A stretch of 64,000 bases of DNA from Selaginella moellendorffii. Taxonomy: Eukaryota > Plantae > Lycopodiophyta. The notes under the pieces are model-generated. The model searched no databases and was not told where the DNA came from. It saw only the letters and a program-made list of their open reading frames with translations. This document shows, in pieces, positions 58,139-64,000 of the stretch. Each line of letters opens with the position of its first letter. The stretch's first letter is position 1. The position numbers were made by a program, and so were the translations under genes. The stretch is from NCBI RefSeq assembly GCF_000143415.4, contig NW_003314295.1, forward strand, positions 995,038 to 1,059,037, in the 5' to 3' direction.

Positions 58139-61100
58139 ATGGACGATGGCGCCCAGCAGGCGCCGTCGTGGCTCTCGATCGTCGCGGCGGCATTTCTAGG
58201 CGCCGGATCCGTGGCGATTTCGGCGCTATGGATGCACAGGCGCGTCGTGGAGCGAGTGCTGGAGCAGCGATTGCGCAAGCTCACGGAAGGTATGGAGAGG
58301 GAAATCATAGAAGAAAAGGGAAATAGGAGGAGCAAGTTAAAGAAGCCGCCGCTCTTGCGAAGGGGCCATTCCGTGCCGCCTCACCAGGACGTGAGGCATG
58401 CCAGTCCTGTGGAGATTTGGTGGTCCGAGAATGGGAAGGCTTCCGGGGAGGAGGAGAAGCTAGTGCCTGGTAGCAGCTCGCAGGCTGCGGAGGTCCAGCA
58501 GGAGGAAAGCGCGGCTCCAGTAGAAAATGCGAAGAACTTGAAGGATTCAGCTGCTAGTGAAGCTGGAAAGACTGTGGAAAGTGGAAGAACATCGTCACTG
58601 AGTTGCAAGTCGAGATCCAAGTCGACTTCTTTGCCTTCTGATCGTGACCAGGAGGACGATAAATCGCAAGTGTTTCCTGTCTTGCCGAAAGTTCGCACTC
58701 GTCTCGAAGGTGATATTCATCTGCTCGAATTTATAATTTTCTGGGATTTTCTAGCAGAAAGTGGCCAAACTTTCAATCATTCCGCATCAAACAGGAGAAC
58801 TGCACACTTGAGACCATCCTCTCCTCCTAAGTCTGGACTTTTTGATATGGATGGATCGGATGAGGATGTGGATATGTTGAATGACAAAGAAGACGCTGTT
58901 CTTGTCGATGAAATTTGTGCAATCGAGGAAGCTGTAGCCAATGAATGCTTTGAGGAGCCATTGTTGAGGATGGTACGTTACAGTGGCTGATGACATGAAA
59001 ATTCTGGTATGCTTTGCTCTTGTTTGTGTGTTCTGATTGGTCGAATGAGTGTCATCGTTTTGCAGGATGACGATCCAAAAAGCTTTGGACTATCACATTC
59101 TCCGAGCTTGGAATGCTTGGTCGCATCATTAGAGCAACAAACTGAGAAGTCTGAGACACATTCAGCTAGGCCGCATAGTCTTGCAGACGGGCTTCTCGGA
59201 GCGCCTGATCCTGTGGCTGCTGACATTCTAAGAAAGGAGCCACAACAAGAAACGTTTGTTCGCATGAAAGTCACACCTTATGGTACGTATAATCCTCATC
59301 ATCGTTTCTGACTCCTCCTGTCACATATGTTATGTATCAGACCCGCCTACAGCCGAAGAAGAGGAAGTTTGCATTGTGCTACAGCAGTGTTTGGCTCTAA
59401 GAGAAAAATATTTATTTGTGGAAAAGGATCCACCATGGCGGAAAGGAATGTTTTGTGCATCAGGATTTAATCCAGATCCTTTCCACTACGAACCAGAACC
59501 TCGATCGCAGGTTTGCCCTCTTTTTTAAATGAGCTTTGACTAACCAACATAGCTAACATCCAGCATGTTTTTAAAGAGATAGATGGTGTTATACATGTTT
59601 ATGCAAATTCAGAAGGTATGTCCTTGCTACCATGAAAACTTCTAAAGTGGTGTTTTCAGCAAAGGAGGAGTTGTTTCCCGTTCCTGACGCAACTACATTC
59701 TTTACGGACATGCACCGAATACTTAGACTTACAGGACTAGGAAATGTGCGAACCTTCTGTTACCATCGGTTACATCTTTTGGAACAGGTAGATCGTATCC
59801 TTGCACTTCTGAGAAACATCTAACATCTGAATCTCCTTACTGCAGAAATTTAGCCTTCATCTCATGCTTAATGCGGACAGAGAGTTTCTTGCTCAGAAGA
59901 GTGCCCCTCATCGAGATTTTTACAACGTCAGGAAGGTTGACACTCACGTCCATCATTCATCTTGTATGAACCAAAAGCATCTTTTGCGATTTATAAAGTC
60001 AAAGCTGAGAAATGAACCCGACGAGGTGACTTACAATCTAAAAGCTTCTATATGTTTACACTCAATGTTTCTTGCCAAGTCAGGTTGTTATCTTTCGGGA
60101 TGGCCAATATCTTACTCTTAAGGAAGTCTTCGAAAGCTTGGACTTAACAGGGTATGTTTTAGCGGCGATACATTGAAGAAGAATTGGTGTAATTTTGGTA
60201 TTGCTAGGTACGACCTGAATGTGGATTTGCTTGACGTCCATGCTGATAAAAATACGTTTCATCGCTTCGACAAATTCAATCTTAAGTACAATCCTTGTGG
60301 TCAAAGCCGGCTTAGAGAGATCTTTCTGAAGCAGGACAATCTTATCCAGGGTATCTTTTGAAATCAGTAAGCTTTTCATATACAATCCATGCACTGCTCA
60401 GGGCGCTTCTTGGCGGAGCTAACAAAAGAAGTTTTTCAGGATCTTGCTGTCAGCAAGTACCAGGTATCATTTAAAGTGGCAGCTATTCCATTCTGGTGGA
60501 ACTTAAATCCTGCAGATGGCGGAGTACAGGATATCCGTATATGGAAGAAAGCAAAGTGAGTGGGATCAACTAGCAAGCTGGATTGTAAATAACGAGCTTT
60601 ACAGCGAAAACGTTGTATGGCTTGTTCAAGTAGGTAGTCCGATTTCCTTAAGTTGGTCTTACTGACACGCCACGCTGTGTGATACAGGTTCCTCGACTCT
60701 ACATATTTTACAAGATGATGGGCATTGTTACATCCTTTCAAACCATATTGAACAATTTATTTCTTCCATTATTTGAAGTCACGATTGATCCTGGTTCGCA
60801 TCCGCAGCTACACATATTTTTGAAACAGGTAATCTCTTGATTGTTTCTCTCGTCGTTTTATCACGGTGTGTAGGTGGTAGCATTCGATATGGTTGACGAC
60901 GAGAGTAAGCCAGAGCGTCGTCCAAATAAACATATGCAAACTCCTGCACAGTGGGATATCAACTTTAATCCGGCCTACTCGTATTGGGCGTACTACATTT
61001 ACGCCAACATGTACACTTTAAACAAGGTAGAAACTTTCAAGAACAGTTCATGGATGATTCTTGTAGTTCTGTGTTGGCAGCTCCGTGAGTCCAAAGGTTT

Positions 61101-61882
61101 GTGCACAATTAAGTTTCGGCCTCATTCCGGAGAGGCAGGAGATTTGGATCACTTGGCGTCCACGTTTTTACTGGCTCACAACATCGCTCATGGAAACAAC
61201 CTCAGAAAATCTCCTGGACTTCAGTATCTTTATTACCTCGCCCAGGTTTTATCATGTTTGTTTTTTCGTCCCGCACTTTAAACTCACCTTTTTCTTGTGG
61301 TTCGTTTGCCAGATTGGTCTGGCTATGTCTCCCTTGAGCAACAACTCTTTGTTTTTGGATTACCACCGTAATCCTTTTCCTATGTTTTTTTCACGAGGTC
61401 TCAATGTTTCCCTGTCAACGGATGATCCACTTCAAATACATCTTACTAAAGAACCACTAGTGGAGGAATACAGCATTGCCGCTCAGGTACGCTCTAAAGA
61501 CGATCTCAAGCTTAAGTTCTCATTTGTGTCTCAGGTCTGGAAGCTGAGTTCCTGCGACCTGTGCGAAATCGCAAGAAACTCCGTCTATCAGTCGGGTTTT
61601 CCTCATCACATGAAGGTCTCTCTTTTTCCACGTTTTGTCAAGCATAACTTGGTGCTCTCCAGCTTCATTGGATTGGACACAAATACTTCAAACGGGGAGC
61701 TGCGGGGAACGACATCCACAAAACCAATGTACCTCATATCCGTGTAGAGTTTCGATACGAGGTGAAGCAAGCCTTCTTCTAGCACTCTATCTTGATTCGT
61801 TCGCTCGTTTTAGACTTGGCAAGAAGAATTGCAATACATATGTTTGGGAGGCGCCAGAATCTCGGAAGAAATCGATCCATAA
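58139..61882 (+). CDS. FAC1: AMP deaminase with N-terminal membrane anchor, multi-exon
   Basis: N-terminal [87 protein letters not shown]. Confidence 0.96.
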
Positions 61883-62100
61883 GGATAACCCGACGGCTAC
61901 GATGGCCTCGTCTTATACCCATTCAAAATGGACGTACAGAATTTGTTAGAAAGATTTCCTTGAGGTTAGGTGTCTCGATTAAGGTAAACCGATTAAAAGG
62001 CAAGTCGCTCGATCAATGTCGAGCGAATGATCTTATAGAGGATCGATCGATGTGTTCCAATCCGTGCTTTCCTTTAGTACTCTTTTTGATGTGTTCTTCT

Positions 62101-62337
62101 CAGACTTGGCAAGAAGAGTTGCAATACATATGTATCAGAATCTCGGAAGAAATCGATAACACAACTAAGCATTATTTGTATGAGCATGCATATTGTCTTG
62201 TACTCGACGGCTACGATGGCCTCACCTTAAACCCAATTCAAACTGGACGTATAGGATTTGCTGCAAAGATTTACAAAAGTGATGGATATATGGTAGCACA
62301 AGCTCTAGGGCTTCAATTGGATATGGCGGCAATCTGA
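62101..62337 (+). other. Tandem duplicate of the AMP deaminase last exon/3' UTR with its own acceptor
   Basis: CAG|ACTTGGCAAGAAGAGTTGCAATACATATGT..CAGAATCTCGGAAGAAATCGAT and GACGGCTACGATGGCCTC repeat 61811-61950. Confidence 0.8.
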
Positions 62338-62501
62338 TTTGCATCGATTGAGCAGCGGACACATTGAGATCGCGGTTCATCTTTTGGGTAGGGCATGGAT
62401 GCGGGAATTACGCGGTAGAGAAGAACAGGGTCCAAGAAGTAACACACCAATGCGCAGTTAAAAAGAGAGCAAATTGTAGGGTTTTTGTGAGCGCCGGCTC
62501 A

Positions 62502-64000
62502 ATGGCAGCGATGATGGCGGTGCCTCCCGAGGCCCGCGAGCGCGCCGTGGCGCTCCTCCACGACGCCCAATTGCATCCCGACGCCGCGGCCAAGCTCGAT
62601 TCTCTCCGGGAGCTCAGGGAGCTGGCGCTTCACAGGGAGCCGCGGCTTCTCCCGGAGCTCCTGCCCGTGCTGCTGGAGCTGCGCAACGATCGCGCCAGCG
62701 CCATCCGCAACTTTCTTGTCGAGTGAGTTCCTCCTCTCCTGACCTAATCTAGCCGCGCGGCTCACAATGTAGGGTGATCTTTCTTGCTCCCAGGATCATC
62801 GAGGAGGTCGGGCTCAGGCAAGTGGAGTATGTTCCGGTGATGATGCCAGTGCTCTTGACATTGCTCCGGGGCGAGCCGGCCTTTGCTCGGCGTGCTATCA
62901 CTGCTGGTACCAATTTGTTTCGCCACACCTTGGAGTATGTCTTGTTGAAGGTATGGCTCCTGTTCTTGGTGAAACAGAAGAAGAGTTTCTGATGGTTTCT
63001 TGTGCTATTCTTTTTTCAGGGAATTTATACGAGGCAAGTGGATAAGTTCATGCAAGATTCTTGGATTTCAGTTCTTCAGTTCAAGGAGTTTGTGTATCCC
63101 TTTGCTCAGCAGGTATGGGAAGAAACGAGAGGTGTGTCTTGCGTTTTTCTGAAGTAAGTTTTTGTACTAGCATGGCAACGACGGGGTACGTTTGCACGCT
63201 GTGAAGTTTATCGAGACTGTGATTTTGCTCTTCACTCCAGACCCTAGTGGTCCTTCGCAGCCACCGCTACCTGATCGACTCGATGGTAGTACACATATTG
63301 AAATGTCGCAGTTACGGATTTTTTCTGGTGTTTTCGTTTCAGGAACGTCAAAAGGGATAAATGTGTCTTGGATAGTGTCTGGCCATCCACTCTTAGATGC
63401 CACAGCCATGGGTCAAGAGGCGAGCAAATCGTTGGGATTGTTGCTGAACCAGCTGCGGCAACCTGACGTTTCGGCTCTTCCGGGTCCCGTCGCCATTGTC
63501 ATCGTGAATAGGTACTTTAGTTTTCAAGCTTTCAAAACGTCAATTGAGTGGATTCTTATTTGGGAAGGGAATGAGCAGCTTGGCAGCCATTGCGAAACGA
63601 AGACCGTCGTTTTACGGACGCATCCTTCCTGTGTTACTTTCACTGGGACCAAGTTGTGAAGCGATCAAAGGTGGTCAAGTGGCCAGCGTGGTTACTGCCT
63701 TGAAGAATGCCTTTGTCCAGCTTCTAAAATGCACGTATCCTGCGGCAGCACCGGTATGCAGTTTTTATTGTCACTTCTTCCTTTGTAACTTCGTTATTCT
63801 TGGCAGTGGCGCGATCGTCTCACTTCGGCACTGCGCCAGATGAATGCCGGAGACGTTGCAGACTTGGCAGTCGAGAGAAGCAGCAGGGGTGGCGAGAGAG
63901 AGTCGAGAGAGTCGAGTTCCCGCTCCAACCGAGTAAAAGTGCCGAATAAGCCATTTCTTTTTCCTCCTGTAACGATGTGTGTATTTGTAGGAAGAGAGAC
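62502..64000 (+). CDS. Symplekin/ESP4-like polyadenylation scaffold, N-terminal part (truncated by window end)
   Basis: P.LLPELLP.LLEL..D....IR.FLVE, AVKFIETVILLFTPD, N.SW.V.GHPLLD, LAAIAKRRPSFYGRILPVLL, ALKNAF..LLKCT. Confidence 0.9.

Overview
Eukaryotic land-plant nuclear DNA. Very high gene density, 50-60 nt introns, intronless PLS/S-type PPR genes and telo-box promoters suggest a lycophyte such as Selaginella; that assignment is inference only. Bases 1-~12,100 are a nested transposon block. It holds a decayed Ty3/gypsy element (internal region plus a shared LTR followed by a second tRNA-Met PBS), a MITE, and three Cassandra TRIM copies with 5S-rRNA-derived LTR segments. It also holds a younger Tf1/sushi-like (possibly Tcn1 chromovirus) element showing a self-priming signature and a GGGAAAC -1 frameshift site. 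From 13.8 kb onward is a compact gene-rich region. In order: GRAS TF, SWIM-finger/Ku-binding-motif protein, DUF1218, small secreted-peptide gene 1, PP4R2, small secreted-peptide gene 2, fasciclin-like AGP, RanGAP, PPR, FAD synthetase, GUN4, MEE59-like, CHLD, GDSL lipase, cpFBPase II, TFIIH p44, divergent Dof, two PPRs, PP2C, orphan secreted protein, subtilase, SAMHD1/VEN4-like dNTPase, AMP deaminase, symplekin (truncated by window end). The most novel candidates are a CYREN/MRI-like NHEJ adaptor fused to a SWIM finger and a pair of spliced secreted-peptide precursors ending in G-x-N-P. All identifications are by eye from motifs; no database searches were run.
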